Numbered from the stretch's first letter, positions 37,446-47,566 are shown. The stretch: DNA of 64,000 nucleotides from Bdellovibrionales bacterium (GCA_027317865.1 DAHVQG010000007.1:102282-166281); one strand, 5' to 3'. The notes: generated by a model from the letters alone, not told the origin. Numbers and translations: made by a program.

Positions 37446-38809
37446 TCTCTGAAAGCCTCAAATTCATCTATAATTGAAAGTCCGCCCAATGGTTGGGCTA
37501 ACGCCGCGGCCAGTGGGCCGCAAATTTTCAAATTTTTATTTAAGCCGTGATTGCGAATTTCGTCCTGCAAGATCTCGCAACCCAGCACGAACAAACGGTC
37601 AGCCAATGTTTCACCGGCAAGACGTTCGTCGTCCGTAAAATTTCGCGCATGAGCCGCAAGTTGTTCAACAAGATGATGTCTACCGCGTTCATTACGTCGA
37701 TCGGTTATCGGTATCACATCTTGAAGATCGTCCGGTTTCATTTGAAGCGCCACAAGGTCAAAAAAAGTGGGAACAAGCCCACGACCAAAAACCATCGGGC
37801 CGAGATCGTGCGATGCAATGTCATTTGAAAATTCGACAGGCGAAATAAAACCTTTAGTTAATAATGAAAGGGGTTGAATGCGCGGAAAAAAGAGCGATGG
37901 CGTTGCAAGAGCAAGAGGCCCAAAAGGCGATGGCCACGACTTTTGCCGCTCGCCGCGACCGGCGAATAATATGAAGTTTTCATATCCGGCGTAAAAAATG
38001 GGGCCGTCCTGAGCCATAGACGATGATAGTTTTTCGTAATATGAAGTCGCCGCTTTAAGAAGGGGAACGCGGCCGTCGGCGATTTCTTGCAAGGGGTGAT
38101 CCCCGACAAAAACCAGATTTGTTTCGCCTGGCGCCAATGTTTCGAACACCGATTGAATTTTTTTAATCCGAGATAAAAAGGGTTCAAAAGAGCGCGCGGT
38201 CACAATGGTGGACAAGAAGCGGGACTTTTCGTCGGTCATCAAATGAAAATCGTGCCCGTTTTGCAAGCAAGATAGGTGGACGCGAAACCCTTTTGTTTCG
38301 AAGAATTCTTTCGCGCGCATTTCGTTTTCATTGTTGCGCGCGGAATGTAGAAAACAGATCGCAATATCTTTTATTTGATGAAGTTGCAGCTTCGAAGCGA
38401 GAAACTCAAGTTCGGTGTGATCAACCGGCTTTTCAATTTGCCCTTGCGCATTGGTTCGTTCAGACACCCCTAAAAAAAGATCGCGGTCAATCGGCATCGC
38501 TGGGCGACGAGCCTCGCTCGTAAAGTGCCACGTTTTGAGCGGCATTGTCATTTCAAGCCAGTTTTCAAAACCGGCGGTAATTAATACGGCTGCCGAATCA
38601 CTTTGTCCCGATTGGCTCTGCTCAAATGGCCAATTTGGATATAATCGAACCTTAGCAACGGTTGAAACTTGAAGCTCCTGCAGGAGTGCCGAAAGAGTCG
38701 CCTCGACGTTGGATTGCGGATAATAAAATCTCCGCTTGTAAAATTCTTTATTCAAAGCGACAAGGTCAGCGAAATGTTCGCCGACACGTAATCCAATTGA
38801 CCAGGGCAT
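37433..38809 (-). CDS. Hydantoinase A/oxoprolinase N-terminal family protein, divergent and shortened
   Basis: LITAGFENWLEM, GVSERTNAQG, AICFLHSARN.ENE, GPMVFGRG..PT..D; ATG 38809 with SD AGGA (alternative start 38818). Confidence 0.8.
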   Translation of the reverse strand: MPWSIGLRVGEHFADLVALNKEFYKRRFYYPQSNVEATLSALLQELQVSTVAKVRLYPNWPFEQSQSGQSDSAAVLITAGFENWLEMTMPLKTWHFTSEARRPAMPIDRDLFLGVSERTNAQGQIEKPVDHTELEFLASKLQLHQIKDIAICFLHSARNNENEMRAKEFFETKGFRVHLSCLQNGHDFHLMTDEKSRFLSTIVTARSFEPFLSRIKKIQSVFETLAPGETNLVFVGDHPLQEIADGRVPLLKAATSYYEKLSSSMAQDGPIFYAGYENFILFAGRGERQKSWPSPFGPLALATPSLFFPRIQPLSLLTKGFISPVEFSNDIASHDLGPMVFGRGLVPTFFDLVALQMKPDDLQDVIPITDRRNERGRHHLVEQLAAHARNFTDDERLAGETLADRLFVLGCEILQDEIRNHGLNKNLKICGPLAAALAQPLGGLSIIDEFEAFREWIG

Positions 38810-38835
38810 AGCTCGCATCCTATTTTAAATTTTCT

Positions 38836-39522
38836 ATGCGGTCAGCATCGATTATTATCACAATTGACGGTCCGGCAGCTTCCGGCAAGACTTCGGTGAG
38901 CCGGCTCATTGCCGGTCGTCACGGTTGGGCCTGGGTCTCGACCGGCGCATTTTACCGTGGATTGGCTTATGTGGCGCTAAAAGAACACATAAATATCCAG
39001 GACGAAGTGGCACTTGCAAAACTTTGCGTGTCGCCGATTTGGCGTGTTGTAATGGCCGCCGAACGGACCCAAGTTTTCATGCATGGCGAAGACGTAACCG
39101 ATACCATTTATTCTGAAGAAATTGGTTCAGCCGCGAGTCTTGTCAGCCAATTCCCACAGGTGCGTGCGAGTCTTCTCAATGCCCAAAGACTTTGCGCGAC
39201 TGGTGTCAATGCGCTCCTTGCCGAAGGTCGTGACTGTGGTACGGTTGTCTTCCCCCTAGCGCAAGTTAAATTCTACCTTACCGCCGGGACCCGTGATCGA
39301 GCCGAGAGACGGGCGCGGGAACAGGGCGCTAATGTTGAAGAAATGCGCCAAGCTCAAGTCAAGCGCGACTACCAGGATAGTTCAAGACGTGCAGCTCCTA
39401 TGCAAATACCCAGTCAGGCCCACGTTATTGACACCACTTCTTTGACTCTTGAACAGGTTGTTGAACAAGTTGATGACATTATCAGGAAAGAGCTTGCCGA
39501 ACGAAGCCTCTCCCACTTATAA
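38836..39522 (+). CDS. cmk: Cytidylate kinase
   Basis: ITIDGPAASGKTS, TGAFYR, EGRDCGTVVFP, KFYLTA, RD.QDSSR; upstream of rpsA. Confidence 0.95.
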   Translation: MRSASIIITIDGPAASGKTSVSRLIAGRHGWAWVSTGAFYRGLAYVALKEHINIQDEVALAKLCVSPIWRVVMAAERTQVFMHGEDVTDTIYSEEIGSAASLVSQFPQVRASLLNAQRLCATGVNALLAEGRDCGTVVFPLAQVKFYLTAGTRDRAERRAREQGANVEEMRQAQVKRDYQDSSRRAAPMQIPSQAHVIDTTSLTLEQVVEQVDDIIRKELAERSLSHL

Positions 39523-39602
39523 GTAGCAAAAAAAGGAATGATGCCTTACGGTTGGAGTTCACCCTTCCCTGTATGAGCGGAATTCCCCTAAGGAGGTAAT
39601 AC

Positions 39603-41423
39603 TTGCACATGACCGAAAGTAACAAAGCACAAAAATCAAAGGCGAAGGCGGCCTTGGAAGCGGTGTTGGCTGCGTTAGACGCCAATGATGACCAAGTCCC
39701 AGCGAATCCGAGTTTATTTACGTTTGATAAAAAAAGACCAGATGAATCGTTTGAGAAACTCTTCCGCGCGGAGGTCGACAAAAATGATTTCAAAGTCGGC
39801 GACGTGGTAAACGGTCGGGTTGTCGAGGTCCAAAGCGACTATGTACTGGTTGATATTAATTATAAAAGCGAAGGTTTAATTCCAATTGGTGAATTTCGCG
39901 TGGTTGAGGGCGTTCGAAACGTTCAAGTCGGCCAAGAAGTTCAAGTGTACATTGATAAAATTGAAAATGAAAACGGCATGATTGTTTTGTCAAAAGACAA
40001 AGCCGACATGCTACGAGCGTGGGACGATATCTCGCGCGCGGCTGAAAATGAAGAAGTCATAGAGGGCACGATCATTGCCAAAGTCAAAGGCGGTCTCAGC
40101 GTCGACATCGGCGTTAAGGCATTCTTGCCGGGCAGCCAAATTGATCTTCGCCCCGTGCGCAATATGGATCAATACATCGGCAAGACTTATAAATTTAAAG
40201 TTATTAAATTTAACAAACGGCGCGGCAACATTGTACTTTCACGTCGCGCACTTCTCGAACAAGAACGCGAGAGCTTACGTTCGCAAACACTTGATTCAAT
40301 GAAAGAGGGCTCCGTTGTCCGCGGGATAGTGAAGAACATCACGGATTACGGCGCGTTCATTGATCTTGGCGGAATGGACGGTCTTTTGCACATCACCGAT
40401 ATGAGTTGGGGGAGAATTAAACATCCCTCTGAAATTTTGAATGTCGGCGATGAAATTGAAGTCATGGTTCTAAAATATGACAATACAAAAGAGCGCGTGA
40501 GTCTTGGCTTGAAACAATTAAAGGCGGATCCGTGGTCGCAAGTTGCGGCCGAATTCGTGCCGGGCCAAAAAGTGAAGGGCAAAGTTGTAAGCCTCACCGA
40601 TTACGGAGCGTTTATCGAACTCGCTGACGGAGTTGAGGGGCTCATTCATGTGTCTGAGATGAGTTGGACAAAACGGGTGAAACATCCCAATCAAGTCTTG
40701 AAAGTCGGTGAAGAAGTTGAAGTGCAAGTACTTGAAATTGATTCAACGAACCGTCGTATCAGCCTAGGGTTGAAACAGCTCCAGCCGAATCCGTGGGTAG
40801 AGCTCAAAGAAACCTATCCGCCGGGTACGATTATCGAAGGTGAAGTGAAATCGGTTACGGATTTCGGTATTTTCGTAGGGATTGAAGAAGGAATCGACGG
40901 ACTTGTACACGTCTCCGATTTTTCATGGACAAAACGAATCAACCATCCGTCTGAAATTTATCAAAAAGGCGAGCGAGTTCGCGCGGTGGTGCTCGGCGTT
41001 GATATCGAAAACGAACGGTTCAGCCTTGGGGTGAAACAACTCGAAGCGGATCCGTGGGCAACGGTTGATCAGCAATTCGCGATCGGTTCGCAACATGACG
41101 TGAAAGTAGTGAAAACAGCCGATTTTGGCGTGTTCGTTGAGCTAGCTGAAAATATAGAAGGGCTCATTCACATTTCTGAACTGGCAACGAAACGGATCGA
41201 AAAACCTGAAGATGTCGTAAAAGTCGGGGATACGATCCGAGCCGAGGTGATCTCGATTGATAAAGACGCGCGAAAAATCGCGTTGAGCGCCAAACTCGTC
41301 AAACTTCGCGAACAAAAGGCCGACGTCGCCGATTACGTGAAGAAATCGACGATGTCGTCAAAAACAAGTTTTGGTGATATTTTCGGTGACACGTTAAAAG
41401 GTGCGGCGAAAAAAGAAGATTAA
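39603..41423 (+). CDS. rpsA: 30S ribosomal protein S1
   Basis: Six S1 repeats (AFLPGSQID, DGLLHITDMSW, EGLIHVSEMSW, DGLVHVSDFSW); SD AGGAGG; start TTG 39603 or ATG 39609. Confidence 0.98.
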   Translation: MHMTESNKAQKSKAKAALEAVLAALDANDDQVPANPSLFTFDKKRPDESFEKLFRAEVDKNDFKVGDVVNGRVVEVQSDYVLVDINYKSEGLIPIGEFRVVEGVRNVQVGQEVQVYIDKIENENGMIVLSKDKADMLRAWDDISRAAENEEVIEGTIIAKVKGGLSVDIGVKAFLPGSQIDLRPVRNMDQYIGKTYKFKVIKFNKRRGNIVLSRRALLEQERESLRSQTLDSMKEGSVVRGIVKNITDYGAFIDLGGMDGLLHITDMSWGRIKHPSEILNVGDEIEVMVLKYDNTKERVSLGLKQLKADPWSQVAAEFVPGQKVKGKVVSLTDYGAFIELADGVEGLIHVSEMSWTKRVKHPNQVLKVGEEVEVQVLEIDSTNRRISLGLKQLQPNPWVELKETYPPGTIIEGEVKSVTDFGIFVGIEEGIDGLVHVSDFSWTKRINHPSEIYQKGERVRAVVLGVDIENERFSLGVKQLEADPWATVDQQFAIGSQHDVKVVKTADFGVFVELAENIEGLIHISELATKRIEKPEDVVKVGDTIRAEVISIDKDARKIALSAKLVKLREQKADVADYVKKSTMSSKTSFGDIFGDTLKGAAKKED

Positions 41424-41447
41424 TATACTGAACGAGGCGAGATCGAG

Positions 41448-42416
41448 ATGCGAAAATTTTTAGGTACGGTATTCATTGTATTACTGGTATTTTTTTTCGC
41501 GGGTTGTTTGTTGGTGATGAACGGGGTGATGAAGCAATTTCATCTCGAGAAACCTAAAATTGCCAGTTCATCGATCTTGCTGATGAGACTTAACGGCGTC
41601 ATTGTTAACGACCGCAACTTTTTGTCAAATCTCAACCGGTACGTGAGCGACAGCAACATCAAAGGCGTGCTGGTTCGAGTTAATTCCCCTGGTGGAGTGG
41701 TCGGCCCAAGTCAAGAAATGTATGCCGAACTGAAAAGGGTCCGCACCAAATTGCACAAGCCAGTTGTTGTTTCGGTCGGCTCTATGGCTGCTAGCGGCGC
41801 TTATTACGTTTCGTTGGGGGCAAATAAAATCGTCACGAATCCAGGCAGCATGGTGGGGTCAATCGGTGTGATCATGGAGTTTGCTGATCTTCAAAAGTTG
41901 TACAAATGGGCGAAGATCAAAAGATTTGTGATTAAAACGGGCCCATTTAAAGACTCCGGGGCTGAATATCGGGCGATGAGGCCGGATGAAAAAGCGTATT
42001 TTCAAAAACTTGTCGACAATGTTTTGGTGCAATTTAAAACAGCGGTGGCGAATTCGCGTCACCTTACGATGGCTCAAGTGACGAAACTTGCGGATGGGCG
42101 CGTTTTTACCGGCGCTCAGGCCGTTAAACTTCATTTGGCGGATCAAATCGGAACTCTACAAGACGCCGAAGCTTTACTCGGCAAAATGGCGGGCATCGGC
42201 CCAAATCCGACAGTTTTTGTACCTCCACCGCGGCATTCTCCGTATCTATTTGATTTGTTGAACACGCGTTCACGTGTTCCCAATTTCAATGCTTCAATTG
42301 GTTCGCAGATCGGCTCACAGATTGCATTCCAGTTGCGGGATATGCTCCACACGCAATTGTGGGGGCAACCACTTATGATATTGCCGGAGGCAATGAATTT
42401 GTTAGGCGGTCAGTAA
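41448..42416 (+). CDS. sppA: Signal peptide peptidase SppA (36K type, S49)
   Basis: RVNSPGG, MAASGAYY, GSIGV, KTGPFKD, DGRVFTG. Confidence 0.93.
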   Translation: MRKFLGTVFIVLLVFFFAGCLLVMNGVMKQFHLEKPKIASSSILLMRLNGVIVNDRNFLSNLNRYVSDSNIKGVLVRVNSPGGVVGPSQEMYAELKRVRTKLHKPVVVSVGSMAASGAYYVSLGANKIVTNPGSMVGSIGVIMEFADLQKLYKWAKIKRFVIKTGPFKDSGAEYRAMRPDEKAYFQKLVDNVLVQFKTAVANSRHLTMAQVTKLADGRVFTGAQAVKLHLADQIGTLQDAEALLGKMAGIGPNPTVFVPPPRHSPYLFDLLNTRSRVPNFNASIGSQIGSQIAFQLRDMLHTQLWGQPLMILPEAMNLLGGQ

Positions 42417-42925
42417 TGGCAGATTGGCCGCGATTTCGTGATATCATTTTTCGCCCCGACCGAATCGGTTATGTCCGTAAAGTTATCGGACTCGATGGTT
42501 GCGTATTTTGTAAGGCACGCGATCAAGGTGTGACCTCCGAATCATTATGTGTTTTTCGCAACGAACATGCCATGGCGATTCTGAATAAGTTTCCGTACAA
42601 TACGGGGCACATCATGGTCCTTCCAACACGGCACTGTGGTAGTTTGCTCGACCTGACTGATGATGAATATATGACCGTTCAACAATTAGTGCGTACTGCT
42701 GTGCGAATTGTTAAAATCGAATACGGCGTCGACGGTCTTAATGTCGGGCTAAATATGGGGCGTATTGCGGGTGCCGGGTTGCCAGATCATTTACATTGGC
42801 ACATTGTCCCCCGGTGGATGGGCGATACCAATTTCTTTCCGCTCATTGCCGAAACCAAAGTGCTCCCTGAGACGCTTGAGCAAACTTACGGCCGTTATAT
42901 TAAACATTTTGAGACGCAGAAATGA
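42416..42925 (+). CDS. HIT family hydrolase (Ap4A phosphorylase/Fhit-like)
   Basis: CVFC, LNKFPYNTGHIMV, NVGLNMGRIAGAG..HLHWHIVPRW.GD; ATG overlaps the sppA stop (TAATG). Confidence 0.92.
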   Translation: MADWPRFRDIIFRPDRIGYVRKVIGLDGCVFCKARDQGVTSESLCVFRNEHAMAILNKFPYNTGHIMVLPTRHCGSLLDLTDDEYMTVQQLVRTAVRIVKIEYGVDGLNVGLNMGRIAGAGLPDHLHWHIVPRWMGDTNFFPLIAETKVLPETLEQTYGRYIKHFETQK

Positions 42926-43356
42926 AAATGGTTGGCGCAACCGGCGGTGATTTTGAGTTTGATCATGTCGGTATAGCCGTGACCGCGTTACAAGATGCGA
43001 GCCGCTTTTATTCTGCATTGGGGTTAAAACTCGGGTCAGCCGAAGAAGTCCCGTCTGAAAAGGTGCGAGTCCAGATGTTCAATCTTAATAATAATTGTCG
43101 AATTGAACTTTTGGAGCCGACATCACCCGACAGTACAGTGGCGCGATTTCTTGAAAAGCGAGGGCCTGGTATTCATCATATTTGTTTGCGCGTTTCGGAT
43201 ATTCGCGAGACTTTAAAAAGACTAAAGTCGGCCGGAATTCGCCTCATTCATGACAAACCGATTCGAGGAGCGCACAATTGTGAAGTGGCATTTGTGCACC
43301 CTTCAGCTACGGGAGGCGTGCTTATTGAACTCAGTCAACCACTGGAGGGGCATTGA
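42922..43356 (+). CDS. mce: Methylmalonyl-CoA epimerase (VOC family)
   Basis: DHVGIAV, IELLEP, FLEKRGPGIHHICLRV, GAH...VAFVHP...GGVLIEL. Confidence 0.9.
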   Translation: MKMVGATGGDFEFDHVGIAVTALQDASRFYSALGLKLGSAEEVPSEKVRVQMFNLNNNCRIELLEPTSPDSTVARFLEKRGPGIHHICLRVSDIRETLKRLKSAGIRLIHDKPIRGAHNCEVAFVHPSATGGVLIELSQPLEGH

Positions 43357-44111
43357 GCTTTAGGCAAGATCTTCAAGCCGTAATGCCATTTCGCGGTAAT
43401 GTCCGCCGCCTCGTGATCGCCAACGTGGTGATTTGGATCGTTTGCGTTTTAATTCTAAGCAATTTTGTTCTTCGCAATAACCAAATCAATCTTTGGTTCG
43501 GTTTCGTGCCGCTACGCTTTTTTACGAAATTTTGGGTTTGGCAGCCGTTTACTTACATGTTCATTCACGCCGACAATATATTTCACATATTGTTCAACAT
43601 GTTAATGCTTTGGTGGGTAGGCTCTGAACTCGAGACTTATTGGGGCGGGCGTTACTTTTTGTTTTATTATTTTACCTGTGGAATAGGTGCGGCACTCATC
43701 TACTGTACCGGCGTGTTCATTTATTATTGGTTTACCGGTAACGTGTCAGTTTTACATGCGCCGATGATTGGCGCTTCTGGGGCCATTTTTGGGCTCCTTC
43801 TAGCTTATGGCGTGCTGTTTGGCGAGCGGGTGATTTTGTTTTTATTCTTGTTCCCGATGAAGGCGAAATATTTCGTTATGATTATCGGCGGAATTGCCCT
43901 TATGAACCTGCTTTCGCAGGGGCCAACAAGTGAAGTTGCGAGTCTTGCCCATCTAGGTGGCCTCGTAGTTGGATGGATTATCATGAAATCGGGGCCGAAA
44001 TGGCGCGACTTTTTGATGAAACGGCGGAATCGAGCGCATGGACGAAAGCTAAAACTGGTGGTAGACAATGATCGACGCGATGGCCGGGGTCCGAGCCGTT
44101 ATTGGAACTGA
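43353..44111 (+). CDS. Rhomboid family intramembrane serine protease
   Basis: WQPFTYMFIH, HILFNML, GASGA (catalytic Ser), AHLGG (His). Confidence 0.92.
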   Translation: MSFRQDLQAVMPFRGNVRRLVIANVVIWIVCVLILSNFVLRNNQINLWFGFVPLRFFTKFWVWQPFTYMFIHADNIFHILFNMLMLWWVGSELETYWGGRYFLFYYFTCGIGAALIYCTGVFIYYWFTGNVSVLHAPMIGASGAIFGLLLAYGVLFGERVILFLFLFPMKAKYFVMIIGGIALMNLLSQGPTSEVASLAHLGGLVVGWIIMKSGPKWRDFLMKRRNRAHGRKLKLVVDNDRRDGRGPSRYWN

Positions 44112-44131
44112 TGGTTTGAAAGGAGTTTTAA

Positions 44132-44338
44132 GTGAGTTTACGTAAGTCACTTGATAAATTAAAATTCGATGTGCGCATGGCGGACATCAACTTGAAGTCA
44201 CAGCTCGTGACATCTGAAGAGCTGAATAAAAATCGTGAATCTTTACCTGATCTAAAAGATCAAGCGACAATTATTGATCTTGAAAACTCAAATTTGACTA
44301 ACGGTGCGGATCGATTTGCCGATTCGGAAATGAACTAG
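44132..44338 (+). CDS. Small hypothetical protein
   Basis: GTG start with SD AAGGAG; KFDVRM...LVTSEEL....LPDL pattern. Confidence 0.7.
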   Translation: MSLRKSLDKLKFDVRMADINLKSQLVTSEELNKNRESLPDLKDQATIIDLENSNLTNGADRFADSEMN

Positions 44339-44360
44339 AACACCCACATTATTAGTGGAT

Positions 44361-45422
44361 TTAGCGGGCCGCAGATTCGTCGTTTAGATTACTTGCCGTC
44401 AACGATGCGCCACTTTTAGCCTGTATCACGTCAGGGCCAAGCGGGTGCCATACTTCAGACAATATTTTATATTGGCCGGCCGAATTGCGTTCTGTGTATA
44501 GCGTTTTTTCACCGACGTCATTTATACCGGATGAGTTATATTGCTGAATAAAGTGAAAGATAGCTTGATTGTCGTGAGTCAAAACCATCGGATCTTGCAC
44601 AACAACCCGGATCGTTTTGTAGCGCTTGTTCAACGATTCTTTATATTTGCGCCACTCATGCCGATTCATTCGAAATGACTTGAACTGGCCGATAAAATTT
44701 TTCGCGTAGTGGCTCATGTAAGCGTTGATATCTTTATCTTCCCAAGCTTTGCGCCATGACTCCAACCAATTGAGCGCGTCCTTCCGCTCTTTAGCGAGTT
44801 TTGCGGGAGTGACGTAATCGACTTTGCTTAAAATAACCACAGGCGTGCGCTTGAGCACTACATAAGGCGTGAGTTTTTGAATCGTTGCGTTGCGTACGAC
44901 CACGCAACCTTCAGAGCCCTCGGCGAGCGATTCTGTTTTGGGTACGGCATGTAGCCAAATTCCAAATCCAGATTTACCTTCGAGACGATCGAAAAAATTT
45001 GGATAGTTTAAAGTGAACGCGCGAATCCCGTATTTTTGGTAATCGACGTTGGCCATTTCTAGCCGGCGTTGAATAAAATAAACTCCCTGGGGAGTTTTGT
45101 CGTCACCGCTGACTTCTTTGTTGCCATGTCGTTTGCCAATACCCATAGCGTAATATCCCACCAAATGAGGGACTTCGTTTTTAAATTTCCAGACCGAAAG
45201 AGTGCGATGATGTTTATCAGCTACAAAAACATACGGCGGATAAATTGAGCCGTTGCCGACAGCCAGAAGATTTTCCGGGACAAGATGAGCCGGTGGCGCC
45301 ACGGGAGTTGGATCTTGCGGTTGCGCAGAAACCGGAGTTTTCGCGGCCGCAGATGCGGCGCTGAATTTTGCAAATCCAAAAAATCCCAAAATGAGAAAAA
45401 GATAGACGACTGCTTTACGCAT
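44361..45422 (-). CDS. L,D-transpeptidase-family LD-carboxypeptidase with C-terminal NTF2-like domain (Csd6/Pgp2/Bd1075-like cell-shape enzyme)
   Basis: GDDKTPQGVY, YG..AFTLNYPN.FD, GIWLH....SEGCVV catalytic His/Cys; NTF2-like W..AWE.KD...Y...Y...F; signal peptide; ATG 45422 with SD. Confidence 0.88.
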   Translation of the reverse strand: MRKAVVYLFLILGFFGFAKFSAASAAAKTPVSAQPQDPTPVAPPAHLVPENLLAVGNGSIYPPYVFVADKHHRTLSVWKFKNEVPHLVGYYAMGIGKRHGNKEVSGDDKTPQGVYFIQRRLEMANVDYQKYGIRAFTLNYPNFFDRLEGKSGFGIWLHAVPKTESLAEGSEGCVVVRNATIQKLTPYVVLKRTPVVILSKVDYVTPAKLAKERKDALNWLESWRKAWEDKDINAYMSHYAKNFIGQFKSFRMNRHEWRKYKESLNKRYKTIRVVVQDPMVLTHDNQAIFHFIQQYNSSGINDVGEKTLYTERNSAGQYKILSEVWHPLGPDVIQAKSGASLTASNLNDESAAR

Positions 45423-45536
45423 AAACCCCTTACTCAATGTATGGCAAAACCTAAGTCCATTAAAAACGGGGGCTCGCGACTAGTCAAGAATTCCATTAGT
45501 TGTACTGTCTAAGAGTTTGGCAATTTGAGGCAAGTT

Positions 45537-45563
45537 TAAGACGTTTGTCTCATCGACCGATAT
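45537..45563 (+). promoter_or_regulatory. sigma28 (FliA) promoter for fliL
   Basis: TAAG-15 nt-ACCGATAT versus consensus TAAA-N15-GCCGATAA; ATG 6 nt downstream. Confidence 0.65.
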
Positions 45564-45569
45564 GAAAGT

Positions 45570-46064
45570 ATGGCTGAAGAATCAGAAAAACCAAAGGGAC
45601 AAGCAAAGAAAATTCTGCCCGTTCTATTTATGGCTTTGAATTTCTTAGTCGTCGGCGGGGGTGCCTATCTTGCTTATGCGGGTACACTCGGCTATCGAAC
45701 ACCGGCAATGGTAGAGGCCGACCTCAACCGCGGTTTGATTCAATTTCAAAAATCGCTTCAGAAACCGCCGATCATTTACACTTTTCGTCCGTTCAACACG
45801 AACCTCAACGGGCTCCCGCGCCGGTTCATTCGCGTCCAAGTGGCTGTTCAAATGTATAGTCAGGCCGGGTTCGAAGAGTTGGTTACTATTGGTGCGCGGG
45901 GCCGCGACGCAATCTTACGAATTCTCAATAGTAAGAACTTTGACCAAATTAATAGCGTTCAGGGTAAACTTCGTTTGAAAAATGACATAATTGCTTACCT
46001 CAACAAGTCGCTTAGGCACGGGGTAGTTAAAAATGTTTATTTCACGCAGTTTCAAATTCAATAA
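45570..46064 (+). CDS. fliL: Flagellar basal body-associated protein FliL
   Basis: Single N-terminal TM, PFNTNL, RFIRV, RDAILRIL, GK..LK..I...LN, VKNVYFTQF.IQ. Confidence 0.9.
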   Translation: MAEESEKPKGQAKKILPVLFMALNFLVVGGGAYLAYAGTLGYRTPAMVEADLNRGLIQFQKSLQKPPIIYTFRPFNTNLNGLPRRFIRVQVAVQMYSQAGFEELVTIGARGRDAILRILNSKNFDQINSVQGKLRLKNDIIAYLNKSLRHGVVKNVYFTQFQIQ

Positions 46065-46171
46065 ATTTTTTTGAGCCCAGTAATTTGATTCGCGCGTTGA
46101 CTGGCGCGAGATGACTCCTCAAGATGATAAGCACAGTTTTTGTGCCGCTGAACCTGAATCGAGGAGTCACC

Positions 46172-47566
46172 ATGGGCAACAACGTGTTCCGTCGCGCCGG
46201 TTTAATAATCGCTTGTGCAATTTCTATTACGTTAATGGGTCCGATAGCGTCGGCGAAAGTGTCGGCGCCACCGGCAAAAAAGGCGCGACCGAGCGACGCC
46301 ATTCGTTTTCCGGTTACAAAATACAAATTGCCAAACGGTTTAACGGTGCTCATTTCAGAAGATCATCATTCACCGCTCGTGAGTTACCAACAATGGTTTC
46401 GCGTGGGTTCGAGTCACGAAAAAGTCGGGCACACGGGGCTTGCGCATTTTTTCGAGCACATGATGTTTGAAGGGACTAAAAAATATCCGTCGAAGCGGTT
46501 CAATCGGCTAATGGAAATCAACGGAGCCGATTTCGACGCCTTTACGACCCAAGACTATACAGGTTTTTACGAAACGCTCCCGAGTGATCAGGTTAAATTT
46601 GCGATTAAATTTGAATCCGATCGCATGCACAATTTAATAATTAATCCAAAAGTGATCAAAAAGGTTCGTGAAGTCGTCGAAGAAGAACGCCGTATGCGAT
46701 ACGAAAATAGCGTTATGGGTACGCTGTGGGTTATGTTTAATTCGACGTTATATAAGACAAGTCCATATCATTGGCCTGTCATCGGCTACATGAAAGACTT
46801 GAACGCCATGAAGCTTTCAGAATTTAAAAATTGGTACAAAACGTATTACATTCCGAACAATGCAGTCGTAGTTGTTGTGGGCGACGTGAATACGGCCCAC
46901 GTTAAAAAACTGATCGCAAAATATTACGGACCAATCCCGGCTCGCCCACTACCACCGTTTCACCCCACACCTGAAGCGCCGCAAGAAGCTCCGCGAACAG
47001 CTACAGTTGAGCGCAACGTTCATGCTGTATCGATGATGATCGGATGGCCCGGCGTAAAGGCCGGTGACCACGATCAATATGCGCTGGATATGTTGGCTGA
47101 CATTATGGCGGATGGTCCTTCAAGCCGGCTTTACAGAGCCTTGGTATACGACACGCACCTCGCGACATGGGTGTCGATGGAATCGGATGAAAATTTGCTC
47201 GCCGGTGATATCGCCATTACAGTAGCGTGGAACCCAGGAGCCAATATTAGGCGCGGTATCGCAATTATTAAACGGCAAATCGCAATGCTGAAAACGCGAC
47301 TAGTAACAAAAGACGAGATGAAAAAAGTTCGAAACGCCGAGCTTCTCGGCTACATCCGTGGGCTGCAAACCGACTCGAGCCGGGCACAAGCCTTGGCGTA
47401 TAACGAAATCATTTTTCACAATTATCAGCATTTGTTTACAGATCTTGATCAAATGTCAGCGGTCACGCGAAAAGACATTCAAAATGCCGCAATAAAATAT
47501 TTGGTTCCGTCGAAAATGAATACTGTCGAAGTTGTTCCGGAGCACCGGAAAGGAGCAAGACCATGA
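46172..47566 (+). CDS. M16 zinc peptidase, catalytic subunit (secreted)
   Basis: GLAHFFEHMMFEG (HxxEH), AFTT.DYT.FY, ESDRM, EERRMR; ATG 46172 with SD GAGGA. Confidence 0.93.
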   Translation: MGNNVFRRAGLIIACAISITLMGPIASAKVSAPPAKKARPSDAIRFPVTKYKLPNGLTVLISEDHHSPLVSYQQWFRVGSSHEKVGHTGLAHFFEHMMFEGTKKYPSKRFNRLMEINGADFDAFTTQDYTGFYETLPSDQVKFAIKFESDRMHNLIINPKVIKKVREVVEEERRMRYENSVMGTLWVMFNSTLYKTSPYHWPVIGYMKDLNAMKLSEFKNWYKTYYIPNNAVVVVVGDVNTAHVKKLIAKYYGPIPARPLPPFHPTPEAPQEAPRTATVERNVHAVSMMIGWPGVKAGDHDQYALDMLADIMADGPSSRLYRALVYDTHLATWVSMESDENLLAGDIAITVAWNPGANIRRGIAIIKRQIAMLKTRLVTKDEMKKVRNAELLGYIRGLQTDSSRAQALAYNEIIFHNYQHLFTDLDQMSAVTRKDIQNAAIKYLVPSKMNTVEVVPEHRKGARP

